Of a DNA stretch of 64,000 bases, positions 49,861-60,143 are shown piece by piece (the stretch's first letter is position 1; every line of letters begins with the position of its first letter). The position numbers and the translations under genes were made by a program. Location of the stretch: NCBI GenBank assembly GCA_963666215.2, contig CAXWPL010000004.1:672001-736000 (forward strand), in the 5' to 3' direction. The notes under the pieces are model-generated. The model did not search any database. It was not told where the DNA came from and was given only the letters and a program-made list of their open reading frames with translations. Source of the stretch: Acidobacteriota bacterium (lineage in GTDB: Bacteria > Acidobacteriota > UBA890 > WLXD01).

Positions 49861-51255
49861 CTACACCTGCGCCGCCCGCGCAGCCGATCGCGGGAGCGTG
49901 CCGGCGAGCGCCTCACGAATCGGGCGGACGGAGTCTTCGACGGCGTGTGCCGGTACACAGGCGACCTGCATCCTCGCCCACACAGTGTGCCAAGCGGCAC
50001 TCGAGATGTCAGCAATCTCGGCCGCGTCGATTCCGCTTTGACCGACCCCAGCCGCTGCCTTCCGCTCGCGGGCGGCCGTTCTCAAGACACCGAGCAATTG
50101 ATCTGCCACCGCCTCCGGGCCGGGGCTGTTCTCCGCGAACCGACGGGCCGCGTCGGCTAGCCCGTTCCGGAGCGCAGCATCCTCGAGGAGCTCGCCGACA
50201 ACCCCCGCCAACGACGTTCCACCGCCGCGCCCCGGCTCCACCTTGGCAACGACACCCTCGGGGAGCGCCTCAAAGTGTGTTCCCCGCAGAAGCAAGACGG
50301 CCTTACCGAGCGCCATCGCTCGCTGCAGAAGCGCCATCTCTCCGGCCGTCGGGTCGTCGCGGAGGAACGCCACAAGATCGGCGTCCGGCAGGGCGGCGGC
50401 CTGACGCTCGTAGCCAGGCGACAGCAGCCAGTCGATACGTTCGAAAATTCCCCGCGCCAGCGCTGCCGGTGCGAGGTTGACGTGATAGGCGGGCTCGGGA
50501 ACACATACGCTTGTGCGCACGTCGGCGTGCGCTGCCAGCACGTCGGCCAGTCCGTCCATGGTCGGGCCAGGCCAGGCGAGATTCATACCCAGTATCAGCA
50601 ACCGAGGCGCCGCCGAGCCGCCGCCGCCGCCCGCGATATTCTTGGTGATCCCCACCGGAACGACGTCTATCCGGTTCGACGCGTTCTCGCCGCGAGCTCC
50701 GAGACTCTGGTGCAGCGCGTCGGCGATGGCCTGTGTGGCTGCGACGACGCGCAGTTGCGCCGACAACGGCACGGCCATGGGATCAAACCGAGAATAGTAA
50801 GCACGGCTGCCCCACCCTGCGGCGAGGATGTCGAGCAACTGCACGCCGCGCCCCGGGAAGCAGGCTTCGTGGAGTCGGTAGTACTCGTGCCACTGCCCAC
50901 GAATCGCCACGCCGCCCGCCTGCAGGTGGTGCAATACGGGGTCGAGGACCCAAGTCACGCCTGGCATCTGTGCCATCAACCCGTACGCCGGCTCGTACGG
51001 TTGGGAGTCGCGGCCGAGCGGGTACAAGCCGATATCGAAGGGCAGCGCGGCGTGCCGCCCTCGCAGGCGGAGGTAGTGATAGGTGGGCAGGGCAAGAGGC
51101 GGCGCAGCGCCAGAGGGCAACTCACCAAAAGCCTCCACGTCGACGGCGCGGCGCGAACCGAGCGCTTCGAAGGTTGCGGCCAGCGAGCGCCACAACGGCG
51201 CCTCGCGCTCGAGTGCGGGGAGCGCGAGTGCAACACGCAGCGACACCGCGCTCAT
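49861..51255 (-). CDS. divergent GT4-like glycosyltransferase
   Basis: GT-B-like layout; PGVTWVLDPVLHHL parallels PGLLVLHDAVLH of the 55519 gene; RAMALGKAV. Confidence 0.65.
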   Translation of the reverse strand: MSAVSLRVALALPALEREAPLWRSLAATFEALGSRRAVDVEAFGELPSGAAPPLALPTYHYLRLRGRHAALPFDIGLYPLGRDSQPYEPAYGLMAQMPGVTWVLDPVLHHLQAGGVAIRGQWHEYYRLHEACFPGRGVQLLDILAAGWGSRAYYSRFDPMAVPLSAQLRVVAATQAIADALHQSLGARGENASNRIDVVPVGITKNIAGGGGGSAAPRLLILGMNLAWPGPTMDGLADVLAAHADVRTSVCVPEPAYHVNLAPAALARGIFERIDWLLSPGYERQAAALPDADLVAFLRDDPTAGEMALLQRAMALGKAVLLLRGTHFEALPEGVVAKVEPGRGGGTSLAGVVGELLEDAALRNGLADAARRFAENSPGPEAVADQLLGVLRTAARERKAAAGVGQSGIDAAEIADISSAAWHTVWARMQVACVPAHAVEDSVRPIREALAGTLPRSAARAAQV

Positions 51256-51331
51256 TGCAGCGCTCCGCGTCGCAGCCCTCGTGAGCACGGATCGCTGAGC
51301 CCGGCCGCCCCTCGCACTCGGAGGATCGGCA

Positions 51332-52390
51332 TCAGCCGCGCAACGTCGCCGTAAGCGCCGCGATCGCCTTGGGCCAGCTGGCGGTTTCTTTCACACGTAG
51401 GCGCCCTTCGTGCCCCAGGAGCTCGCACAGCGATTTGTCGGCGTAAAGATCGTCGATCCGACCGGCGATCGCCCCGGGCTCAGGCGGCACCACGAAACCG
51501 GTTGCACCGTCTTCGACGAACTCGAGGACGCCACCGGCGTCGTTCGAAGTCACCACCGGCTTGCCGGCGAAGAAGGCCTCGAGGGTCGTGAAGCCATAGT
51601 CCTCATCGTGTGGCGTGAGGACCATCGCAAAGCAGCCGGCGTAGAGCTCGATGACCTCCTCGTCGCTCACGAAGCCGAGAAACTGCACTCTATCGGCCAC
51701 TCCGAGCTCCTCGGCCAACGTGCCCAGATCCTCCCGATGCGGGCCGCGACCGGCGATCTTGAGCGTCACGGGGGAACGTGTCTCGGCGAGCGCGCGGATC
51801 GTCAGGTCGAGACGCTTGATGCGGTCGAGACGCCCAACAAAAAACAGGTAGTCGCCAAACGGGCCAGGGCGCAGCTCCGCGTGTAGCGGCGGCGGCGCGT
51901 AGAGCGCCTTGGCATCGGTACCGGAGTAGTGCAGCAGGCGGTTGGCGGTGTTTTGGCTGTTGGTGAACAGCGCCCGCGCCTCGCCCAGCGCCTCGAGGTC
52001 GAGATCGACGAGCGCCTGCCGCAGGCTGCGGTCTTCCTCGGAGAGGGTGAAGTTGCCGAACGGTGTGGGGTGGAGGTCGTAGACCTCGCGTTGCTGATGG
52101 AAGATCCACGCGACCTTGTTGGGGTGGCGCGCCAGATAAGACGGGTACTTGGTTGCGATCAGCAGGTCGACGCCGCCAAACACTGTATCGCGCAGATTCA
52201 CCAGGCGCCACGCGAGCGCCTGTTCCAAAGCGGATGCGTTGTGCACCCAAACATAGGGCAAGGTGCACATCTCCACCTTGTGCCCGGCGTCGACCAGCGC
52301 GCGATGCAGCAGGTCGGCATGCAACTCGGCTCCGCCCCTGAGAAACGGCGCCTGCGGAGCGGCAACGCAGATGCGGTAGGCCTGGCTCAC
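51332..52390 (-). CDS. glycosyltransferase family 4
   Basis: PFLRGGAE, VGRLDRIKR, DEDYGFTTLEA. Confidence 0.92.
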   Translation of the reverse strand: MSQAYRICVAAPQAPFLRGGAELHADLLHRALVDAGHKVEMCTLPYVWVHNASALEQALAWRLVNLRDTVFGGVDLLIATKYPSYLARHPNKVAWIFHQQREVYDLHPTPFGNFTLSEEDRSLRQALVDLDLEALGEARALFTNSQNTANRLLHYSGTDAKALYAPPPLHAELRPGPFGDYLFFVGRLDRIKRLDLTIRALAETRSPVTLKIAGRGPHREDLGTLAEELGVADRVQFLGFVSDEEVIELYAGCFAMVLTPHDEDYGFTTLEAFFAGKPVVTSNDAGGVLEFVEDGATGFVVPPEPGAIAGRIDDLYADKSLCELLGHEGRLRVKETASWPKAIAALTATLRG

Positions 52391-54033
52391 TCGTCGGCCC
52401 CGCCGCCACTGGCGGCGGTCGGCCGCGTGGCGTAGAGGGCGTATTCCTGCGGCGCACAACACAGGCGATCGATGCGCCCGAGCCGCTCGTTGACAGCAGC
52501 GGCGAGCTCGGCGACGCCCTCCCCCATCACCTCGCCGCCGAGCTCGAGCGGCAGCGGCCGGTCGGCGTCGGGGGTTGGTGCTTGCAAATTCACCTCGACA
52601 GGGTGCAGCCCGGCGCGGCGAGCCAGAAAAGCGACCAGCTCTGGATGCACCGGGCGGACATGGGTCGGGTCGATCACGTAGGCGCGCACCAGGGCGTAGA
52701 GGCTCTCGGGGTTGATCGTCTCGATGATCAACTTGCCGCCTGGAGCTAGCCGGGTTGCCGATAGGTCCACCAGCCGCGACCAGCTGCCAGGCGCTAGGTG
52801 CTCGATGACGTGAGTCACCACAATGCCTCCGAGCGATTCCTCTGGCTGCGCCTCGAGCCAGGCGAAGAGATCGGCGTTCTCCACGTCGAGTCCGCGACGA
52901 CGGCAGTCGTCTACGTCGGCGATGTTGAGCTCCACACCCTTGGCCGTATGGCCGGCCCCAATCAGAAGGTCGAGCAACTCACCACGGCCACAGCCGAGGT
53001 CGACCACCGGGCCGAGGTCCTTGTCGAACTGGCCGAGGTGCACCTGCAGGCGCTGCCGAATCGCTTCCGGGTCGCCGCGAAATGCGTTCTGGAACGCGAC
53101 ATACTCGTCGTCCTGGAGCCAGTCACCAGGATCCGAGCCACTGGCGAGCCCGGGCGCCGCCGCGTCGCCGCCAGACGCGGCTGCGGGTGCCGGAGTCGGC
53201 GCGGTACGCGCGGCCGCCACACGCAAACGTGTCCGCAATCCCAACAGCTCGGCTTGTGTCGCTTCGATATGCTCGATGGAACGCGCTCGCGCAGCAAGTG
53301 CGTCGAGACGCCGGTCGCGCTCCTCGAGCGCCGCACGCATTGCTTCGCCGTGCTCGGAGAGTCCCAGGGTGAGCGCGGCGTCCTTCTCGTCGAAGCGCTT
53401 GTCAACCGCTTGCGCACGCTCGACCAGAGTGGCCTCGAGCCGCTGAATGTCGTCGCCTTTGGTTAGACCGTCGCGCGCCAGGTTTTGCAGCGCCCAGAGC
53501 TCATCCTCGAGCGCGTCGAAAAGCACCGTGTGGCGGTGGCGCAGCGCTGCGTCGTAGTTGGCCATGGCCGCTTCGAGCCGTATCTCCAGAAATGTCGGAT
53601 CCTGCGACCAGAAGTCGATTGCACCGCCCAGCAACTCGATGCGGCGCTCGAGCATTCCGCCCAACGCGTTGAGGTGACGGGCGATCTCGGCGTTGAAGTT
53701 TTCCTGGCGCGTCAGGTATGGATCGAGAATCGCCTGCACGATCGGCCGCGCCAGCTTGCGGACGAGGTCGACCAGGGGCCCGACAAAGCGAGCCTTGGAG
53801 CGGAAGTTGATGGGCGCGGTGATCGACGCCAGGCTGTTCGCCGCTACGAGATGGTCGGTCGTGTGGAGGCTCGGGTCGACCGGCAGCTGGTACTTCTGTT
53901 GCCGTGGCTCGAGCGTCAGCGCGTGGTCGCCGGGCGCGCTGCCGGAGAACTTGGGCGGCGGGTGGGCGACGAGGTGTCGCTGCACCCGATCGCGGACCTG
54001 CTGGAGTCGAGCGGCTATCTCTTGTTCGTCCAT
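52387..54033 (-). CDS. class I SAM methyltransferase with long coiled coil (glycan chain-terminator-like)
   Basis: FQNAFRG, VVDLGCGRGE, HVIEHL, ETINP, DPTHVRP; heptad-rich N-terminal half. Confidence 0.88.
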   Translation of the reverse strand: MDEQEIAARLQQVRDRVQRHLVAHPPPKFSGSAPGDHALTLEPRQQKYQLPVDPSLHTTDHLVAANSLASITAPINFRSKARFVGPLVDLVRKLARPIVQAILDPYLTRQENFNAEIARHLNALGGMLERRIELLGGAIDFWSQDPTFLEIRLEAAMANYDAALRHRHTVLFDALEDELWALQNLARDGLTKGDDIQRLEATLVERAQAVDKRFDEKDAALTLGLSEHGEAMRAALEERDRRLDALAARARSIEHIEATQAELLGLRTRLRVAAARTAPTPAPAAASGGDAAAPGLASGSDPGDWLQDDEYVAFQNAFRGDPEAIRQRLQVHLGQFDKDLGPVVDLGCGRGELLDLLIGAGHTAKGVELNIADVDDCRRRGLDVENADLFAWLEAQPEESLGGIVVTHVIEHLAPGSWSRLVDLSATRLAPGGKLIIETINPESLYALVRAYVIDPTHVRPVHPELVAFLARRAGLHPVEVNLQAPTPDADRPLPLELGGEVMGEGVAELAAAVNERLGRIDRLCCAPQEYALYATRPTAASGGGADE

Positions 54034-54099
54034 GGCCCTCGGTTCCGCGGCCTGGCCGCGACGGCCTAGCAGGCTGTAGTGGAACCGTGGCAGGCCTGG

Positions 54100-55401
54100 C
54101 TAACGACCAACGGCGTGGTACTCGAAGCCGGCCTCGGTGACCCGCCGGCGGCGGTATACGTTGCGCAGGTCGACCATGATCGGGGCACGGACCATGCCGC
54201 GCAGCCGTTCGAGATCGAGGTTGCGGAATTGATTCCATTCTGTGGCGATGACAACAACGTCGGCCTCATGGCAGGCCTCATACGTTCCCGCGGCGTAATG
54301 AATCGAGTCGCCGAACACATGGCGAGCGTTGTCCATCGCGGCGGGATCGTAGGCGTGTACCTCGGCGCCACCATCAACCAGCCCGCGCACGATGTCGATC
54401 GTCGGGCTATCCCGCATGTCGTCGGTGTTGGGCTTGAACGACAGTCCCAGCATCGCCACCCGCTTGCCTTCGAGATCGCCGACGGCGCGGGCGATCTTTT
54501 GAACCATCAGGGCGCGCTGCCGCCGATTGGCTTCGAGCGCCGCCTCGCCGATGAGGAACTCGTAGTCGTGCTCACGAGCGGTGGCAACCAGTGAGCTGAC
54601 GTCCTTCGGGAAGCACGAGCCACCGAAGCCCGGCCCCGGGTGCAGAAACTTCGACGAGATGCGCCCGTCGAGCCCCATCGCACGAGCCACCTGATGAACG
54701 TCGGCGCCGACGGGCTCGCAGAGATTGGCGATCTCGTTGATGAACATGATCTTCGTCGCGAGGAATGCGTTTGAGGCGTACTTGATCATCTCGGCAGTCG
54801 CCACGTTGGTCACGACGAACGGCGTCTCGATGAGATAGAGCGGGCCGTAGAGCTCCTTCATGATCTCGACCGCGCGGTCGGACTCGGCGCCGATGACGAT
54901 GCGATCGGGACGCATGAAGTCCTCGATGGCCGAGCCTTCGCGCAAGAACTCCGGATTGCTGACAACGTCGAACTCGCCGCTCGAGCCCACACGTTCTTCG
55001 ATGATGCTGCGTATGCGTTCACCGGTACGCGGCGGGACCGTGCTTTTTGTGGCAATGACCTTGTAGCTGTTGAGGTGGTCGCCGATGTCGCTCGCAACCG
55101 AGTCGATGGCCGACAGGTTCGTGCTGCCGTCGCGGTTGGCGGGGGTGCCCACGGCGATGAACACGACCTGCGATCCCGATATGGCTCCGCCCACGTCTGT
55201 GGTGAACGAAATGCGGTTCTCGCGCCTGCCGTGCTCGATCTTCTCGAGCAATCCGGGCTCGTAAAACGGGACTTGGCCTCCGTTCAGAGTGTCGATCTTG
55301 CTCTGGTCGATGTCCGCGCAGGTAACCTCGAGCCCGAACTCGGCGAAACAAGCCCCCGAAACCAGGCCCACGTAGCCGGTGCCGATGACGGCGATCTTCA
55401 T
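54100..55401 (-). CDS. ugd: UDP-glucose/GDP-mannose dehydrogenase
   Basis: GTGYVG, NPEFLREG, GFGGSCFPKD, FKPNTDDMR. Confidence 0.95.
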   Translation of the reverse strand: MKIAVIGTGYVGLVSGACFAEFGLEVTCADIDQSKIDTLNGGQVPFYEPGLLEKIEHGRRENRISFTTDVGGAISGSQVVFIAVGTPANRDGSTNLSAIDSVASDIGDHLNSYKVIATKSTVPPRTGERIRSIIEERVGSSGEFDVVSNPEFLREGSAIEDFMRPDRIVIGAESDRAVEIMKELYGPLYLIETPFVVTNVATAEMIKYASNAFLATKIMFINEIANLCEPVGADVHQVARAMGLDGRISSKFLHPGPGFGGSCFPKDVSSLVATAREHDYEFLIGEAALEANRRQRALMVQKIARAVGDLEGKRVAMLGLSFKPNTDDMRDSPTIDIVRGLVDGGAEVHAYDPAAMDNARHVFGDSIHYAAGTYEACHEADVVVIATEWNQFRNLDLERLRGMVRAPIMVDLRNVYRRRRVTEAGFEYHAVGR

Positions 55402-55518
55402 CCGAAGACACTCCTCGAGCAGACCCGCCGCTGTTCTGCTCCGGCCTGATAGAGCGGCCGGCAAAAACCGGGCGGATCGGTTGGATGGAAGGGCCAAACG
55501 CGGTTGACGGAGGATATC

Positions 55519-56901
55519 TCAGGCTGCCGCCGGCGGCACGCCGCGTTCCGGTTGGTGTGCTTGCCGTGGCGACGATGGCTCGCTCTCTATCGCCCGCTCA
55601 ACGGCCTCGACGTAGGTTTGTCGCATGGCGGCAGGAGTGATGGCTTGGCGCGCCCAATCGCTGGCCGCGCGTGAGGCCTGCTGTCGGAGTCTGGGCTCGT
55701 CGAGCCAAGTACGAAGGGCCACGCCAAGGGCCTCGACCTCGTCGGCTCGAGCGGCGGGAGGCACGCGCTGGACGGCGGCGTCGGGAATATCACGCAGATG
55801 CAGCAGGTCGGTGACGATCACCGGCACGCCGAGCTGCATCAGCTGCTGCAGGGTTCCCGACGATGCTCGCGCGCTGGGATAGCGAAGATTGAGAGCGATG
55901 TCGACCGAGCGCAGGTGGGCGCCGAACACGTGCTCGGGCACGTAACCGACCCAGTCGACGCGATCGGCGATACCGAGGCCCTCGGCGAGCTCCGGTAGCC
56001 CGAGCGCCGGGTCCACGCCTCCCACAACGCGCAAACGGCAACGTCCGCGGTCGCGCAGCGCCGCCAGTGCCTCGAGCGCCAGATCCAAGCGGTGCTCGGC
56101 CCCAACGTGGCCGAAGCTGCCGATCGTCACTACATCACCGCTGCTGGCCGCTGGATCCGAGCCGCCGCCCGCGGTGGCCGTATCCTGGCTGGCTGACGAC
56201 GCCGCTGGATCAACGATGTCGGACCGGTCGACGGAACCGGTAGGCACCCGCCGCCAGTGAGCTACCTCTACCACCCGAGATTCCGGCACGAGCGCCCGCA
56301 GCCAGGCAGCCAGCACGCTGCCGTGAATCGCGGTCACACGACTGGCGCGCACAAGATCCTCGCAAAGAGGGAAGCGCCAGTACATCGAAGGGCTACCGAG
56401 TCCCCCAGCTACCAGCTCGCCAAGCGCGGCGCCGACACCGTCTTCAGGCCGTGCCCGGCTGGCAGCCAGCTGGTAGGAGATGAGGTCACCGCCGTCGACC
56501 GCGGTCGATGCACGCGACGGATGGAGAACGGCGTCGTGCAGCACGAGCAGCCCCGGATGCTCGGTCACGTACGGCAGCGCGTAGGCATGCAGCGGGTTGT
56601 TGCCCACCTGGTAGATGTTCAGATCATACGGTCGCTCAGCGTGCAGTCGCGCCCACTCGCGATGCGCATAGCGACGGCGATGGGGGCCTTTCTCGCCCGC
56701 CCTCGCGTGCTCCGATGCCAGCTGGCCGCTGGCGTCCGACCCCGGCTCGTCGGCACCGAAAACGTCAACCGTCCAGCTGCTCGGCAAGACGCTGAGGAGA
56801 TCCGAAACGTAGTCGGCTACTCCGGAACGAGCGGGCGGCAGAGGCGAGAACATCGCGAGGTGGCGCGCAACCAGCGCGCTCGAGAATTCAGCCTCCAACA
56901 C
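55519..56901 (-). CDS. glycosyltransferase family 4 (start approximate)
   Basis: FSPLPPARSGVADY, YQVGNNPLH, NLRYPS. Confidence 0.85.
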   Translation of the reverse strand: MLEAEFSSALVARHLAMFSPLPPARSGVADYVSDLLSVLPSSWTVDVFGADEPGSDASGQLASEHARAGEKGPHRRRYAHREWARLHAERPYDLNIYQVGNNPLHAYALPYVTEHPGLLVLHDAVLHPSRASTAVDGGDLISYQLAASRARPEDGVGAALGELVAGGLGSPSMYWRFPLCEDLVRASRVTAIHGSVLAAWLRALVPESRVVEVAHWRRVPTGSVDRSDIVDPAASSASQDTATAGGGSDPAASSGDVVTIGSFGHVGAEHRLDLALEALAALRDRGRCRLRVVGGVDPALGLPELAEGLGIADRVDWVGYVPEHVFGAHLRSVDIALNLRYPSARASSGTLQQLMQLGVPVIVTDLLHLRDIPDAAVQRVPPAARADEVEALGVALRTWLDEPRLRQQASRAASDWARQAITPAAMRQTYVEAVERAIESEPSSPRQAHQPERGVPPAAA

Positions 56902-59842
56902 GAGCCGTCTCCGACACGGCAGCCGAGGTTGCCGCCGGCACCCCCAGCTCACTGGCTGGCTGTGACTGGGCCCCCTGCCGATTCCTTTGACGAGCAGCCG
57001 CCAGCAACGGCGCCAAGTACACGCCGGTGACGCTCTCCGGAGTCGCCGCGATTTCCTCCGGTGTACCGGTTGCTACCACCTCGCCGCCGGCGAAGCCGCC
57101 CGCTGGACCCAGATCGATGATGTGGTCGGCACATTTGATCACCTCGAGGTTGTGCTCGATGACGATCATCGTATTGCCGCGGCGCACCAGTGTGTCGAGC
57201 ACGCCCAGGAGTCGGCGGACGTCTTCGAAGTGCAGCCCGGTCGTCGGCTCGTCGAGGAGGTAGAGCGTGCGGCCCGTCGCCCGGCGGGCGAGCTCGCGTG
57301 CCAGCTTGAGCCGTTGAGCCTCGCCGCCCGAGATCGTCGTCGCCTGCTGGCCAAGCCTCAGATAGCCAAGCCCGACCTCACGCAACGTGTCGAGCTTGAT
57401 GGCCAGGCCGGGGACGGCCGCGAAGTGCTCGAGGGCTTCGTCGATGGTGAGCTCGAGCACCTGTGAAATGTCCAAGCCGCGATAGCGGACCTGCAACGTC
57501 TCGGCGTTGTAGCGGCGCCCATTGCATTCTTCGCACGTGGCGTAGACGTCGGGCAGGAAGTGCATCTCGATCTTCTTGAGCCCGCCGCCCTTGCATTCCT
57601 CGCAGCGGCCTCCTGCGACGTTGAACGAGTAGCGCCCTACGTCGTAGCCACGCACGCGGCTGTCGGGCAGCGCGGCGAATAGTTGCCGGATCACCGTGAA
57701 GGCCCCCGAGTAGGTCGCGGGGTTCGACCTGGGAGTGCGCCCGATCGGATCCTGGGTAACGGCAACTACCTTGTCGATAGCCTCGGCGGCCTCGATGCCG
57801 GCGTGCAGGCCGACGGTGTCGGAGGCGTTGTAGAGCCGTCTGGCGAGCTCGCGGTAGAGGGTTTCCGTGACCAGGCTGCTCTTGCCCGATCCAGAGACAC
57901 CGGTCACGACGGTCAGGCAGCCCAGCGGGAAGGCGACGTCGACGTTCTTCAGGTTGCGGTGCCGTGCGCCGAGAACCCGTACGTGAGTGGGAGCGTCGGG
58001 CTCGTCGAGAGGGGCCACCGGCGTTCGACGGCGGCCGGGAACCGGAATCTGACGGCGACCCGACAGATACGCGCCCGTGAGCGATCTTGGGTGCGCTGCG
58101 ATGGCTTCGGGGGGACCTTCAGCAACGGCGTAGCCGCCCTGTTCGCCGGCGCCCGGCCCGAGGTCGATCACCCAGTCGGCGGCGCGGATGGTCGCCTCGT
58201 CGTGTTCCACCACGATGACCGTGTTGCCGAGGTCACGGATCGCACGCTGTGCGTCGATCAGCCTCTGGTTATCACGAGCATGCAGCCCGATGCTCGGCTC
58301 GTCGAGAACGTAGAGCACGCCGCGGAGCCGCGAGCCGATTTGCGTGGCCAAGCGAATCCGCTGGCTCTCACCGCCAGCCAGGCTGCGTGCCGAGCGGTCG
58401 AGCGTGAGGTACCCCAATCCGACCTGCCGCAGGAAGTCGAGTCGCTCACGAACTTCCTTGAGGATGGGCTCTGAGATCCGGTGCAGTCGCGTCGCCACCT
58501 TCAGTGTGGCTACTCGTTCGGCGGCCTCGTCGACGGTGAGCGCGGTCAACGCGGCAATGGAGTACTCGCCGAGCCGCACGGCCAGACTTTCCGGTCGCAG
58601 TCGCGCACCCTCACAGTCGGCGCAGGCTGCCTGTTGCATGAACGATTCCAGCCGGCGGAGGGATCGTCCAGTGCCAGCCTGGCGGTAGGCTCGCTCGAGG
58701 GCGGGAATGACTCCTTGGAAACCGCGGCCCAGCGCCCGATCGAGGTAATCGTGGTCGTCGCGCCGCTGAAGCTTGAACCGCAAGGGCTTGCCGTCGGCCG
58801 GACCGTGCAGCAGCAGCTCGCGGAACTCCTGCGGCAACTCAGTCCAGGGTGTGCGCGGCTTGATGTCGAACTTGCGGCAAAGTGCGCGCAGAAAACGAAG
58901 CGGATAGGCAGCACCGCGCCAGGGAGCGATAGCCTCATCGAGGAGCGACAGGGCGGTGTCGGGAACGATCCTGGCTGCATCGAACCGCGGAGCAGTGCCG
59001 AGACCGCCGCACGCCGCGCATGCGCCACGCGGGCTGTTGAACGAGAACGACCGTGGCTCCAGATCGGGGATGCTGATGCCGCAATGCGGGCACGCCAATC
59101 GGTTCGAATACAGATGATCGCCCTCGCCAACGACGTTGACGATGACCACCCCGTCGCCGAGCTGCAACGCGATCTCGATGGCGTCGTGCAGCCGCGCTTC
59201 GATCGAAGGCCGCAAGACCACCCGATCGACCACCACCTCGATATCGTGCTGGACATTACGAGCGAGCTCGATCGGCTCGCCGAGCTCACGCACACGACCG
59301 TCGATACGAGCGCGAGCAAAGCCGCTGCGTGCGAGCCGCGCTAGCTCCTTGCGGTATTCGCCCTTGCGACCCTTGACGATGGGTCCGAGCACCTGCAGGC
59401 GAGCACCGCCGGGCAGCTTCTGAATTTGCTGAACGATCTGGCGCGCGCTCTGCGACGTCACCGCCCTGTCGCACTGCGGGCAGTGTGGAGTACCGACGCG
59501 GGCGTACAACAAACGCAGGTAGTCGTAGATCTCGGTGACGGTTCCAACCGTGGAACGCGGGTTACGACTGGTGGTCTTCTGATCGATCGCAATCGCCGGC
59601 GACAGCCCCTCCACACGATCGACGTCCGGGCGCTCCATCTGCTCGAGGAACTGCCGCGCATAGGCCGAGAGCGATTCCACGTAGCGACGCTGGCCTTCCG
59701 CGTACAGAGTGTCGAAAGCCAATGAAGACTTGCCCGACCCCGAAGGGCCCGTAATCACAATGAGCCCGAACCGCGGCAGGTCCAGGTCGAGGTCGCGTAG
59801 GTTGTGTTGTCGGGCTCCGCGAACGCGGATGCAGTCGATCAT
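56888..59842 (-). CDS. uvrA: excinuclease ABC subunit A
   Basis: Two Walker A motifs (GPSGSGKSS, GVSGSGKSS), zinc fingers, EGQRRYVESLS, LDEPTTGLH. Confidence 0.98.
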   Translation of the reverse strand: MIDCIRVRGARQHNLRDLDLDLPRFGLIVITGPSGSGKSSLAFDTLYAEGQRRYVESLSAYARQFLEQMERPDVDRVEGLSPAIAIDQKTTSRNPRSTVGTVTEIYDYLRLLYARVGTPHCPQCDRAVTSQSARQIVQQIQKLPGGARLQVLGPIVKGRKGEYRKELARLARSGFARARIDGRVRELGEPIELARNVQHDIEVVVDRVVLRPSIEARLHDAIEIALQLGDGVVIVNVVGEGDHLYSNRLACPHCGISIPDLEPRSFSFNSPRGACAACGGLGTAPRFDAARIVPDTALSLLDEAIAPWRGAAYPLRFLRALCRKFDIKPRTPWTELPQEFRELLLHGPADGKPLRFKLQRRDDHDYLDRALGRGFQGVIPALERAYRQAGTGRSLRRLESFMQQAACADCEGARLRPESLAVRLGEYSIAALTALTVDEAAERVATLKVATRLHRISEPILKEVRERLDFLRQVGLGYLTLDRSARSLAGGESQRIRLATQIGSRLRGVLYVLDEPSIGLHARDNQRLIDAQRAIRDLGNTVIVVEHDEATIRAADWVIDLGPGAGEQGGYAVAEGPPEAIAAHPRSLTGAYLSGRRQIPVPGRRRTPVAPLDEPDAPTHVRVLGARHRNLKNVDVAFPLGCLTVVTGVSGSGKSSLVTETLYRELARRLYNASDTVGLHAGIEAAEAIDKVVAVTQDPIGRTPRSNPATYSGAFTVIRQLFAALPDSRVRGYDVGRYSFNVAGGRCEECKGGGLKKIEMHFLPDVYATCEECNGRRYNAETLQVRYRGLDISQVLELTIDEALEHFAAVPGLAIKLDTLREVGLGYLRLGQQATTISGGEAQRLKLARELARRATGRTLYLLDEPTTGLHFEDVRRLLGVLDTLVRRGNTMIVIEHNLEVIKCADHIIDLGPAGGFAGGEVVATGTPEEIAATPESVTGVYLAPLLAAARQRNRQGAQSQPASELGVPAATSAAVSETARVGG

Positions 59843-60143
59843 CGCTGGAGGCGTCCGTATCTTCCGTTATCTATCGATATCGTACTGTCATGGACAGGAT
59901 GTTCTCGCTAGCCGGGGCGCACACTGTACGTGACGTGTGGTCAGACCCGCGTAGCCGATCCAATTTAGCGCAACCTCCGCCGTGACCACAGCCGACCGCC
60001 GCAGATCGCCGTCGGGTCGCCTTCTGGGCTGGCGGCGACGCTGCCAACGCGCGCGACATGGCATCCTGGCGGACGCCGAGCGTCACGTTTGCACTCGTGC
60101 GCGTGCGGCGCACCGTCCGCCGGCCAGGAGCGCGAGCGACGAG

